In this document: in pieces, positions 50,318-62,929 of the stretch
How positions within the stretch are numbered: the stretch's first letter is position 1
Layout of the letters: each line of letters begins with the position of its first letter
NCBI GenBank assembly: GCA_951406725.2
Contig: OX597815.1
Span: 120,218,001-120,282,000 of the forward strand
Reading direction: 5' to 3'
Length of the DNA stretch: 64,000 nucleotides
Source: Octopus vulgaris
Lineage: Eukaryota
Notes under the pieces: generated by a model
Database searches by the model: none
What the model was told of the DNA's origin: nothing
Seen by the model: only the letters and a program-made list of their open reading frames with translations
Program-made: the position numbers and the translations under genes

Positions 50318-50658
50318 TTACTTGCCAGCTTAAGAGTTTGGAATGCGGCAGGTATTTTTCCATTTGAATATGTCGCTTATCTACATATGGTTTTGATTAG
50401 GTCACGGCATCGCCTTAACACTGTGATCTACTCATCGAGTATCCCCATTCTCACCGTACATTCACCTGTACATTCTCACCGAACAGTGTTGGAGACAGCC
50501 CAGTATATAAAAAATAAGTTCACCAAGATAATTAAGAATCATCTATTCATAACATTGAACTAGTTTTTCATTTTGTCTTTATTTTTAAAAAAATTACAAT
50601 CAAACTTTAAAGATGGGAGATTATTTTATTTCAATGTAGAAACAAAATTGTTCCTTAC

Positions 50659-50734
50659 CGTTTGCGACTTGGCAGTTGTCACGTTTGACTAAGAATAACA
50701 GCAGCGTGAACAAGAGACAAATGTCTTTTTTCAT
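50659..50734 (-). CDS. SRCR-ZP gene first coding exon, signal peptide (MKKDICLLFTLLLFLVKRDNCQVAN)
   Basis: ATG at 50734, basic N-region plus hydrophobic core, G|GTAAGG donor in phase 1 matching the acceptor at 47934. Upstream acceptor at about 50816. Confidence 0.85.
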
Positions 50735-51263
50735 ATTGCACTGCTTCCAAGCAGAGTAACAGGTAAACCTGCAGATGGTGTTCTTCCACTCTCTTCACTC
50801 GGGCTGTATGTGAAATCTGAATTACATATGAACATATATTTTGATATGAATGTTTTAAAGACATGTTTTAGATATTGAAAAGTAAATGAAGAGAATTAAA
50901 AAAAACACATTTCATTTATAGGTGAGGCACTTCAATTAAATAATGGGCTATGTCAATGAACAGTAACTCAAGATTCGACTGAGTCTTTATTGAAACGCCT
51001 ACTGAATTTACTTTTCAAAGAGTGCTTTAGTTAGACCATTATATCAAAAATAAAGTTCACCAATTTGGGTAAGAGGTTAAGTCGATTACATCGACCCCAG
51101 TACTTGACTGGTACTTATTTTATCAATTCCAGAAGGATGAATAGTAAAGTTGATTTCGACAAGATTTGAATTGCGAAAGAAAAATGTCAGAAGAGATGCC
51201 CTGCTAACGATTCTGTCAGCTCTCCGCCCTTAATTTAAACTTGTTATAATAATACTCTCCAGT

Positions 51264-51662
51264 AAGGCGGCGAGCTGGCAAAAACGTTAGCACGCCGGGC
51301 GAAATGCTTAGCGGTATTTCGTCTGCCGTTACGCTCTGAGTTCAAATTCCGATGAGGTCGACTTTGCCTTTCATCCTTTCGGGGTCGATAAATTAAGTAC
51401 CAGTTACGCACTGGGGTCAATGTAATCGACTTAATCCGTTTGTCTGTCCTTATTTGTCCTCTCTGTGTTTATCCCCTTGTGGGTAGTAAAGAAATAGGTA
51501 TTTCGTCTGTCTTTATGTTCTGAGTTCAAATTCCGCCGCAGTCGACATTGCCTTTCATCCTTTCGGGGTCGATAAATTAAGTACGAATTGCGTACTGGGT
51601 CGATCTAATCGACTGGCTGCTTCCCCCAAAATACTCTCCTTTTCTACTCTAGAGTAGAAAAG
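51264..51662 (+). mobile_element. SINE group C, full unit plus partial repeat, 16-bp TSD
   Basis: TSD AATAATACTCTCCAGT at 51248-51263 and 51663-51678. Confidence 0.9.
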
Positions 51663-52574
51663 AATAATACTCTCCAGTTAGATATATTAAACAGAAAAAA
51701 TAATTAGAGCATCGGAAAAATGATTTTTTTTTTACATTTATTATTTGTTCCCAGCTCTTTATCGCCTGAGTTCAAATCCTGCGGAGGACAACTTTGTCTT
51801 TCATCCTTTTGGGGTCGATGAAAAAAGTACCAGTTGAATATTGGGCTTGATATAATCGACTTGTCCTCAGGAAAAAAAATATTTGTTTGCAAGAGAAAGG
51901 CGTTGTTTTGGTGTTTATGAGTTGTTATTTTGTTCTTCAAAAACGTTGTTTGGTTTTTATGTTGTACTATTTCGTTATTAAACTAGCTGCCATCACCTGA
52001 GACTATTTGGCTTTATGAAGTTTTCGCTTCTTCGGGACGGTATCTGTGTTTTATTTTGTAGCCTTGACTCATAAAAAAAAAAGAACAAGAAAATGCTTTA
52101 AATTATTTGGCAAAAAGTCAAGGGAGTGAGACCAGATGTTGGAAAAGCAGTTTCAACGCTGTCTTTCCATCTTTAAAATAAAGTACCATCACCAGCACCA
52201 GCAACAGCACCAGCACCACCACCACGACGACCACCAGTGTTGATAGAAACAACAAGAACTGCAATAACAACAATGATAGCAGCAGCATCTGCAGTGGAAA
52301 AAAGACAAATAACACGCACACTAAAAAAAAATCGTAGAGCTGAAAAAATTAAATTGCCTTTTCAATATAACTGCACATTTTACCTCCGCTACCACCAGCG
52401 CCATCAATGCCAACACAAGAAAATGAAAACGCGACAATTTGCAAATCTATTATTAATAGAATCGCTGACACTACTCGCCATATAGAAGAAGAAATTATCG
52501 TATTGTTGAAGGAATTAAAACGTGTAAAAAAATACTCGCCAGTCATGTTCAACATCTCGGAATCCATCCGGCTA

Positions 52575-52885
52575 GAACTGGCAATCTGTCGGTCACGACG
52601 ATGAGAGTTCCAGTTGATCTGATCAACAGAACACTCTGCTCACGAGATTAGTGTGCAAGTGGCTGAGTACTCCACAGACACGCGTCAGGGTGATTCAGTA
52701 TGACACAGAATGTGATAAAGCTGGCCCTTTGAATTACATGTAAAACTCATTTTTACCGGCTGAGTGAAGGGTAACAGCGTGAAATAAAGGATCTTGCTCA
52801 AGGACATAACGCACCGCCAGGAAACGAACTCATGACCTTACAATCGTGAGCTGAATACCCTAACCACTAAGCCACGCGCCTTCAC
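52575..52885 (-). mobile_element. SINE group B
   Basis: CTAACCACTAAGCCACGCGCCTTCAC head on the reverse strand. Body matches 14733-14972. Confidence 0.8.
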
Positions 52886-52929
52886 TCCAGCTAGAAACCA
52901 ACCTCAAAACTGTGATTTACAAGACCTTA

Positions 52930-55900
52930 GCAACAAAAACTAGGAAAATAGAGGTGACACAACATCAAAGAGATATGTACTTCAGGTGAATCTGTGGCAC
53001 CAAAACATATGTCGCCAGGGGAAAGTACAGCACAGTAAAGGCGAGATTCCCTATAGAGGATGCAGCCAGGAAACACTCGACAACAACCCTCATAAGTGAC
53101 AAATTAGTTCTCACATCATCTACCTTGGCTGTAGGATAGTAAAATAAAGATAGTCGATGTGCCCCCAGAAATAAACATCTGCTGGTTAGTGGTGACTGTC
53201 CTCTGCGATATAGAGGACAAAACTAATATTTTGCTGGTTCAGATACTACAGAAATAAAATTAGTCAGGCCAAGTGGCGGGGATTTTAATCCAAGCGGGTC
53301 AGCAAAGTATAGAATCGCAAACTTAATCAATCGACCAATCGGCATAGAACTTAGTGGAAGTTGGGGATACAAGGCCGAGGTGTTACTTGTATGGTGACTC
53401 GAACTGTTTCAAGGCTTTTGGTTCACAGCAAAGAAGGAGAGACAGAACATCAGCACTTCTGCCAATACCGTCACTACAACAGCATCAACGACAAAAACAT
53501 CAGCAGAATCAACAATGGCATGCAGTCACAACAACAACAAGTTGCAAAACAGTACTAACAACAACAGCAACATCAAAACCAACAGTGACTAGAGCACCTA
53601 TTTCTTGACTACCCACAAGGGGATAAACGTAGAGAGGACAAACAAAGACAGACAAACGGATTAAGCCGATTATATCGACCCCAGTGCGTAACTGGTACTT
53701 ATTTAATCGACCCCGAAAGGATGAAAGGCAAAGTCGACCTCGGCTGAATTTGAACTCAGAACGTAACGGCAGACGAAATACAGCTACGCATTTCGCCCGA
53801 GCACCAGCAACAAAACTGGAAGCAGCATCTACAGCTGCAGCGACAGCAGCAACAGCAACAGCAATACAACCAACATAAAATACGCTACCATCAAAGGCCG
53901 TCACATCACAGACAACAGCAACACAAACACCCAAAACAACAATTATATAATGCCACAAACCTCCCCAAAACATGAGTCTCCCCGACTGCCACCTCACAGA
54001 CACAACGTCGTGTAGTGGAGGTGACGGCGAGTACCCTAAATGGCAAACTGTAACAAATAGAGAATAAAGGAAGCTGCCAAACAAGCAAAATTGGGAGAAC
54101 GAAAAAATGGAGGAGGTGAGTTTAAGCGACTAAACACCAACACTACTTCAACAGCAGCTACACCACATCATTGCTATCATAGACACCATCATTACCCGCA
54201 CAACCAAATTCACACCCACCCACACCCACACACGCACGCACGCACGAACCAATAGTCAGGACATCCTCCAAGATGAACAAAGATGAACACCATAAAGGAG
54301 TAGGCGGCTTCAGGGGGAGATACGAACAAAAGATTATTATAAAGGTCTGCTTATGGAAACGCCAGTTGGAGGGACGAAACACCTGTCCTTTCATAAGAAT
54401 GTGACTTTTTCTCACTTTCCGCTTTCTAGTTGAACATAATCGCACTAAGAATAGAAGTGTGAATACCCGTGGGATGGCGTCACGTTGTAAACAGGGCCAC
54501 CTCAGGTGACTAGATATAGATGTGGTGGCTATCAGTGAAACCCCGAACTTCCGATTCACAAGGCTGCATGCCAATTTTCGGAGCATATAAGATTTTTGTC
54601 TCTGAGTTGACCGGGATTGGGAGATAGAGCCGCTGTGTTGTTTCGGACTATGTCTCTTGGCACAGACCATCTTCTTGGACTCAGAAGGAAGGTTGGTGGT
54701 CTGGTAGTGTGAACAGTAGTGAAAGGGGTGCTTTTAGATTCGTAGCTAGTGATACTCCAATAGGTGTAGGACACCTGGATTTCTTTAGGCGATTTGGAAG
54801 TTTTAATGCTAGTGGAAAACTAAATCGGTATCTTTGATGCATACTTGAACTGTGTGGGACTAACCGAAAGAAGACGGAATGCAAAGCCTCAGAAACCTGT
54901 TCAGACAATTCCAAATGTCTGACAATTACCGATTGAATGTCGACTTACATAGGTTTCGTTGTCAAGGACTCTGTTACAGGAAGCTGAACGCTTCGATCGC
55001 AGCGCGCCAAGATTACAGAAACCCAATTAACGAATTAGTTAAGCAGATGTTGACGGAGGCAGCCGTCAACAAAAATGCTGGTTTGCCTTGAGAAGGACGG
55101 TGAGAGGAGAATCGATTAAGTTTCGTTAGGTCGTATCGAGAGGGTAATATAAAATGGTGGGGAACTTAGAAGAAACACTTTAAAGAGACATTGCAACCAA
55201 CATGCTCGCGATGAGATTGGCTCTCGATCAATTTTTCAACGTGTCAGAACTAAGGTATGTGTTCTAAGACACAAAGGAACGGAAGTTATTCGATGATCCT
55301 GAGTGGTAGAGCGCATTGTGACAACGAAGCCATCGTTCAGTCTTTGGCGGACCTTAAAAAGCGCGATACTCCACCCTAAGCAGATGTGTACAGCTTTTCA
55401 GAAGCACTTCGGTCAACAGTTTGAGAGACGGATGGCAAGTCGGATCGGAGGTGTGGATTTCACTGCATACTTCGACTCCCTGAAAGAGAATCAGAATATT
55501 GTGAAAAGCTGATAACATCTGCGGAAATACGGAAAGCGATGGTTGATTGCAAGAGAACAAGTCACCTTGTTTGAACGGTCTGCTTACAAAGTTTACTTTT
55601 ATGTGCCGGATTTGTTTAAGGATCTTTTAGCAGGCGTCTGCCGCAACCGGCAGCAAAATAGAAGTGGCGCTGTTGAGTAAGGACGCAAACAAAAATGATC
55701 ACATTGATAATTTTTGGCCTATAATCCTGCTGAACGCAGATCCAAAAATTTTGGCCTAGGCGTTTGTAGATAAGTTGGTACTTGTCGTCGATAGTCTAAT
55801 TGGTGATGAGCAAACATGCGCTATCTTGAACAGATCTATTCACAACTTCCACCTTATGCGATACATCGTAGAAAAGGTGGGTAAAGAACCTGGAATAGGA

Positions 55901-57112
55901 GAAGCCCTGATCAATTTAGATAGATCAAAAGCTGTTTATAGGGTCGACTAAAATATCTGGAAACCGTGCACATGGCGCATGGTTTCGGTCCCGTTTTCCG
56001 CAACATCTGCTCAGGGGTTAGGGTGAATGACCACCTATCGGAATCATTATTATGCAGTATTATGCATTGGTCCGTCAAAGTTGTCTCTCTCATCTTCGTT
56101 GTATGCGCTGAATCTTGAGCCACTACTGCGAAAACTAGAGACGTTGGCAGAGAAGGCATTCAGCACAAATTAGTATGTAGAATTGTGTCAGCATATGCGG
56201 ATGATGTCATATCACCGTCAAAGTGTCAAAAACTAAGGTTAATAGAGGTTAATATCATTACTCTAAGGGAATACGAGGCGTTGACAAGAGTAAAAATTAA
56301 TGTAAAAAAGTTAGTGGGTGTGCAGCTCGGCATCTGTAGAAGCAGGTCCATGCAAACCAATTGAGACAGACGGTTCGGTTAAATTGCTCGGGGTCTTGTT
56401 TGGTCCAGATCTCTAAGTGGAGTAAAACTGGCATGCGGTAACGAGCATGTAGCCTGTTTCATCCAGAAACCGAGCATGTCACGACTAATGACACTGAAGC
56501 TACGCGATCTCTGGCGTTTCCTAGACGGTGAACAAGTGTGGTTGCCAAGTTAGAGACATTTTCCACAGCTCGTCTCTGACTAAGTTGCAGTCCGAGATGA
56601 AGCACAGACCGAAGCAGGACACCTAACATCTTAAGTTTCGTCAGGCGCTAACAGTTTTCTGCCAGTCGGGCTGTGCAATCGGTAGAAGTTCCACTTTAGC
56701 GTTCTAAAGACGGTTAGTGGCGGGCAAAAACGACGTCGTCCTCGAGCAAACTCTGAGCTGATCTGTTTCAGTGGACTTTCGGGCCGGGTCTCATGGATAA
56801 TTTTCAGAAATCAGTGACCTAGCAGAGCTATCAGGGACGAGGGGAATTTCCTGTCCAAGATTAACTCTACAAGCGTGGAAGCACCGTCGACTGGGCCTAC
56901 CTAAGATGCTCACAGAACGACGAAACTGTTCTGCACGCACTCGTCCAATGCCTGAGTATTGCTGACACGTGGAGTTATGTCGAACACTCGCTGTTGCCTA
57001 TAAGATGGAGCAGGCTATCAGTTGAGCCTATTGCGAAGATCGTCCAGCAACCTTCCTTTGACCAGGAAAGGTAGGCAGTCTTTATCAGATTGATGGTATT
57101 AGCAAAAAGTTG
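52930..57112 (+). mobile_element. Decayed Tx1/L1-clade LINE (ORF1 zinc knuckle remnant, APE, RT, C-terminal CCHC)
   Basis: SVNTRG..DIDVVAISET (about 54455-54540), WPIILLNADPKILA (about 55715), QTCAILNRSIHN, LINLDRSKA, AYADDV (about 56190), CLRC..DETVLHALVQC (about 56900). Confidence 0.85.
53599..53798 (-). mobile_element. SINE group C inserted in the LINE
   Basis: 7-bp TSD GAGCACC at 53592-53598 and 53799-53805. Confidence 0.85.
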
Positions 57113-57114
57113 TT

Positions 57115-57730
57115 GGTCTTTCTTAAATCGTGTTGGATCTACGGCTTCGTTCACTTTTAAGGTTCCCTGCATTTTCACTGCTTCAATCATTTCTTCTTTA
57201 CTTCCCTTGATACACTAAGCCAGGCTATTCTCTTCTTCCCTTATACAACCTCCACAACGCACCAATCCCCGTCCTCGTTCTTTCCTCTTTACATACAATC
57301 TTGACACATCATTCTTGGGCAGTAGTTCCTTGTTGTATTATCATTAATTTACGTGTTCTCCGGTCTATCTCTTGTAATTCATTCTTCTTCCAAGATTCTA
57401 TTTCTGCTCCGTATCACATCAAAGCAACCGCCCACGTGTTAATTGCTGTAATCTTATAGCGGCCATTTAGCTTCGATTGGAGCACAAGCCGAGTTCTCCT
57501 CCAATATTCTTTCCTGTACATTTCTTTCATCAGGTGTTCATACATCTTATCTCTTTCAATTATACCCAGGTAATTATCTCCTTCCTCTCCAACTTCCTTT
57601 ATAGCTTCGTCACTTTCCAGCTTGACCCAATGACTTTTACTGACTCTCCCCTTTTTGAGAATCACTCTACCATCTGCACAGCAGTTGCCGTCAAACTCTC
57701 AATTTCTTTCTCAGTCTTAGCAAATAGCTT
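57115..57730 (-). mobile_element. R4/Dong-clade LINE fragment (post-RT region)
   Basis: YLGIIE..., EYWRRTRLVLQSKLNGRYKITAINTWAV, and RLYV.R..GRGL remnants. Confidence 0.75.
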
Positions 57731-57742
57731 TATTAGTATTAC

Positions 57743-57810
<68 letters not shown>

Positions 57811-57812
<2 letters not shown>

Positions 57813-58171
57813 TTTATAGTGTACTTTCACTTCACTACCGAGCGCAGCTCTGTGTGCCTTGGGTATGTGCTGTGATTTGTTGTGATGCTCTGATGGTTAT
57901 TGTATGGAAAGTGTTCTGCGTAGGATGTGTGCAGTGCCTAGTAGTGCAATTTTCTGTATGTTATATGTGTTTGTAAGTCCTGGTGTTTTTGTTATGTATT
58001 TGTCTGAATATTTTATTATTATTATTATTATCATTCAGTAGTTTTATTTTTATAGCGTGCTTTCACTTCACTACCGAGCACAGCTCTGTGTGCCTTGGGT
58101 ATGTGCTGTGATTTGTTGTGATGCTCTGATGGTTATTGTATGGAAAGTATTCTGCGTAGGATGTGTGCAGT
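57811..58171 (-). mobile_element. Two tandem R4/Dong-like 3' ends within (TAA)n tracts
   Basis: Minus strand encodes TPGLTNTYNIQKIALLGTAHILRRTLSIQ* followed by a 3' UTR and (TAA)n. Copies at about 57811-58012 and 58032-58171. Confidence 0.8.
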
Positions 58172-58172
58172 A

Positions 58173-58267
<95 letters not shown>

Positions 58268-58801
58268 ATAATATTTATACGCCAATTTGTTTTTTGTACG
58301 TACATGACGCGTGTTAAGTTACAATTTCTCTATTTTGGTCAGGATTTTTCAAATATCTTTTTCCTTGTATCAAGTAATGGACGAAAACATTAAAAAAAAA
58401 TTCATAGAGCCGAACAAAATCAAAAATATTAATTCTATTTTTTCCCCTTTTTTAATACTAACAAGAGCATAGTATGAAAGAGATTTGGCTATTATTTCTT
58501 GCAAATTGAACAACCACACAGAGTTGTTCAATTGGCTCATTTGTTGATGTGTATAAGTAAACAAAGACTAAAAGACACATGATAGTATGTGTGTGTGTGT
58601 GTGTGCAATAATAAGTGTCGCGTGGTGGAGATAAACGCAACTTTCTCTTTCTATATTTTTTGTTAAGTTAGAATTTCTCTGTTTTGGTCAGGATTTTTCC
58701 AATCTCTTATCTTTTTTTTCTTTTTTTTTGTATCAAACAATTGACGAAAGCTTAAAAAAACTTAAATTCACAAAGCCGAACAAAATCAAAAATACATACA
58801 T

Positions 58802-59005
58802 ACTCTTTTACTTGTCATTTGACTGCGGCCATGCTGGAGCACCGCCTTTAGTCGAGCAAATCGACCCCGGGACTTATTCTTTGTAAGCCCAGTATTTATT
58901 CTATCGGTCTCTTTTGCCGAACCGCTAAGTGACGGGGACGTAAACACACCAGCATCGGTTGTCAAGCAATGCTAGGGGGACAAATACAGACACACAAACA
59001 CACAA

Positions 59006-59042
<37 letters not shown>

Positions 59043-59213
59043 CATATATACGACAGGCTTCTGTCAGTTTCCGTCTACCAAATCCACTCACAAAGCATTG
59101 GTCGGCCCGGGGCTATAGTAGAAGACACTTGCCCAAGATGCCACGCAGTGGGACTGAACCCGGAACCATGTGGTTGGTTAGCAAGCTACTTACCACACAG
59201 CCACTCCTGCGCC
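58802..59213 (-). mobile_element. SINE group A, full length, young
   Basis: CpG-rich reverse complement of the consensus seen at 19916 and 62302. Confidence 0.92.
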
Positions 59214-59907
59214 TACATAGTTTTGCGCGTACACAATTTTAATATCCAGATATCAATCATTCTAGATAACCACAAATCCCAGGCGCTGTTTTGATTTAAG
59301 CGAAAGAGCCTCGCCACTGTGAAATATTGTTTACTAGAAGTGTTTGCAAAATAAGGGAAATAAAAATAAGTGAAAAAAGCAACAAAACAAGTAATAGAGT
59401 ATTTTATGCTCTTGGTTAAATATAACACCCTTTCTGAAAGGTGATGGATGGCAGTAAAGTTAGAGCGCAGGGCAAAATACCTTGTAGCAGTTAAGTACGT
59501 TAGTTATGTTCTTTTAAGCTAAGAGGTGGGTTCTTCCTTCTCTTTCATCCCCCCGGGAAAATTAGTTAAGTACTTTTCTTTGTAGGAAAAAATTGCGTAA
59601 CAATATAGTTTCTTGTAACCCCAACCAAGTTTTGTAGTTTTTAAAGAAAGACGGTTTAGTGATAGTCATACTTTGTCAAAGCGATACTTCTATCCGAAAT
59701 CAAAACTGTCTCTCTGGGAGTTTACCGTATTTTTTTGGCAAAGGGGCAGAAGCATATTTGACACACCTCATTTTCAGCTGCACATATTCAGAGAAAACAG
59801 ATTTTAGTGCATTAAAGTATGTAACATTTTAAGTAAACTAGCAGAGTAGTGCATTACAAAACGTTAAGAGAGCCTTAGCTATAGCCAAAAATATAACTGC
59901 ATGTAAA

Positions 59908-60119
59908 CCCTTTAGCATTTAAACCGGCCATATCCGGCCCAAATATTCTGCCTGCTTTATGTTCAAACTGGCCAGATCCAGCCTCTCACACCTACCCTTC
60001 AATATCATTCTAAAAATAAACAATCACATCTTCGAAATCTCAAAGCTATGAGATAATACAGGGTTTATAAAATGTGAATATATAATAAATACATTTGACA
60101 AAGTAATCTGAATGCTAAA
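59908..60119 (-). mobile_element. piggyBac-like MITE
   Basis: CCCTTTAGCATT ... AATGCTAAA, close to the 29695 copy. Confidence 0.75.
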
Positions 60120-60149
60120 AAATAAATATTATAGTCATAAAGAAACCAA

Positions 60150-60340
60150 GCTAGTAGAGTTGTTATCACGCCGGGCAAAATGTTTAGCAGTATTGCTTCC
60201 GGTTTTACGTTCTGGGTTCAAATCCCCGCGAAGTCGACTTTGCCTTTCATCATTTTGGGGTCGATAAAATAAAGTACTGGTCAAATCCTACTGCCTTACC
60301 TAAAATTTTAGGCCTTATGCCTATTTTAGAAAGGATTATT
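60150..60340 (+). mobile_element. SINE group C, diverged
   Basis: GGGTTCAAATCCC...GTCGACTTTGCCTTTCATC...GTCGATAAAATAAAGTAC. Confidence 0.7.
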
Positions 60341-60929
60341 ACGGAGTTAGCTTAAGTAGAGGAGACCTACTCATACCAGTGAGCATTAGGGGCAAAATTA
60401 AATTAAGGGAGGCTCAACTTCGCATATAGGACCCGGAGTGATTTTTTTTAGAAAATTTCAAGGGGGAAAATGTGTCGTATATGCCATCAAATATAGCAAC
60501 TCTTGTTCTCCAGTATTCGCCGCTACTTTGAACTAAGTATTATGTATCAGAAACTATGTATCAGAAGTATAATGCATCAGAAACTTAAAATAATGTCATC
60601 TACTTCTAAGATTTCTTAACCCTTAATAGTGAATAATTCTGTTGGCCTTAGAAGAAACAAGAAACGGTAATTCAGACGTTCAGTGTGTTAGCAGTTTGTG
60701 CATTCAAATAATGAGGAACAATAAAGAATCGAACTCTGGAGACCCAAGTCTCTGAGTTAATACCACCATCTCTATGTCGCATGTCATTCCAACTTCGCCA
60801 AAAACTTTCACCTCTTCCACAGCGAGGAAGGCTCTATCCAGTATCTCGATCTGTAACAAATAGCAGCCAAATACACTTGCGTAGATATGCCTATATGTCG
60901 AACTACATTTTATATATATATTTTATATT

Positions 60930-60980
<51 letters not shown>

Positions 60981-60984
<4 letters not shown>

Positions 60985-61576
60985 GGCTGTGTGGTAATAG
61001 GCGAGGCATGCTTCGACCCACATGATTCCAGGTTCAGCCCCACTGCGTAGCACCTTGGGCAAGTGTCTTCGGGCTGAGCAAAGTCTTGTAAGTGGATTTA
61101 GTAGACAGAAGCTGAAAGAAGCCTGTCGCCTATATATATATATATATATATATATTAGCAGTATCGCCCGGCGTTGCTCGGGTTCGTTTCGACCCTTTAG
61201 GATTGGAATTTTTGAAAAGTAAAAATTTTGCATTATGTAGCTTGTTATTCTCTTTAAGTGAACATTTTTCTGGTTGAAATACACTGAAAAATGGCTACAC
61301 AGCAGTCAAAAAGTCGTAAAAAATAGGGATTTTCATAGAAAAAAGCACCTTTTTGATGTAAATAATTTTTGGTCTTAAAACATGGTCCGATTTGAATTTT
61401 ATCTTCTACGGAATGAAGAGCAAGCCTTCTTCTACCATACTCTCAATTTTGGTCAACTTGCGCCGCAGGGTCTCGGAGGAGATAGTGTTAGTTGAAGGCT
61501 ACCAAACCTGCCATACACAGACAACTTCAGCTTTATATATATAGATGTATGTGTGTGTGTATATATATAAATAAAT

Positions 61577-61613
<37 letters not shown>

Positions 61614-61777
61614 GACAAGTCATACAATGACGAAAACCGGTTGAATAAATATATATTTATATATTTTATCAATTTCGCATTTTATTAAAATTTTCTTTCA
61701 TTTGAGCATTCTGCATTTTTAAAAAAATGTTTCCTTACTATATATATATATATATATATATATATCTATAAATATAT

Positions 61778-61860
<83 letters not shown>

Positions 61861-62075
61861 TGTGTCTGTTTGTCCTCCCCCCACACCTGCTATCGCTTGA
61901 CGGCCGATACTGGTGTGTTTATGTCACCGTATCTTAGCGATTTGGCAAAAGAAGACCGATAGAATAAGTTCTAGGCTTACAAAGAATAAGTCCTGGGGTC
62001 GATTTCTTCGACTAAAACTATTTAATGTGGTGCTCCAGCATGGCTGCAGTCAAGTGACCGAAACAAGTAAAAGAA
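60981..62075 (+). mobile_element. SINE group A interrupted within its (TA)n tract
   Basis: Head and core at 60981-61130, tail resumes at about 61860. Confidence 0.85.
61156..61545 (-). mobile_element. Short non-autonomous Helitron nested in a SINE
   Basis: Minus strand A|TCTATATATATAAAG start and CCCGAGCAACGCCGGG hairpin, terminal CTAG mutated to CTAA. Body matches about 32437-32752. Confidence 0.85.
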
Positions 62076-62301
62076 TATATATATATATATACATCGAACA
62101 TTATTAAGAATTAATAGATACATTATATAGATACATTATATATATATATATATCGAACATTATTAAGAATTAATAGATACATTATATATATATATGCTTC
62201 AAAATCACATGGTTCTGGGTTTAGTCTAAGCTAAGAGCACTAGATTCTTTGGAAGAAATCAAGCGAATGTATACGAAAACAAGGACGAAAAAAAAAACCC
62301 C

Positions 62302-62696
62302 GGCAGGTGTGGCTGTGTGGTAAGTAGCTTGCTTACCAACCGCATGGTTCCGGGTTTAATCCCACTGCGTGGCACCTTGGGCAAGTGTATTCTGTTATAG
62401 CCTCGGGCCGACCAAAGCCTTGTGAGTGGATATATGTATATATATATATATATGTATGTATATGTGTGTATATGTTGTGTATCTGTGTTTGTCCCCCCGC
62501 AACATCGCTTGACAACTGATGCTGGCATGTTTACGTCCCCGTAACTTAGCGGTTCGGCAAAAGAGACCGATAGAATAAGTACTAGGCTTACAAAGAATAA
62601 GTACTAGGCTTACAAAGAATAAGTTTGATTCGACTAAAGGCGGTGCTCCAGCATGGACACAGTCAAATGACTGAAACAAGTAAAAGAATAAAAGAA
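62302..62696 (+). mobile_element. SINE group A
   Basis: Intact head. Internal deletion and a duplicated AGAATAAGTACTAGGCTTACAA segment. Confidence 0.88.
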
Positions 62697-62929
62697 TTAA
62701 AGAAATGGTACGCAATTACAAATACAAACAACAGGTGTCTGCAAGATACTTTATGTGAATATATCAGTAAATATATAAGACTGCATGGGCACGGGTAGAC
62801 TAAATTTCGTCATAGGTTTTCTTATAAGTTGAGCAGGAGTTAGATAACCACAACAGACTACACATGATTATTACAAGGAAAAAAAAAATACTCGCACTCA
62901 CGCCTACACAGAAGCTGACTCTCCTACAT

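Noticed and set aside
53509-54670. 191-aa and 170-aa minus-strand ORFs
   Set aside because: Antisense to LINE ORF1/APE low-complexity sequence and a SINE. No independent coding evidence.
62090-62195. Short tandem duplication ATCGAACATTATTAAGAATTAATAGATACATTATATA
   Set aside because: Ordinary slippage next to a TA tract with no sign of function.
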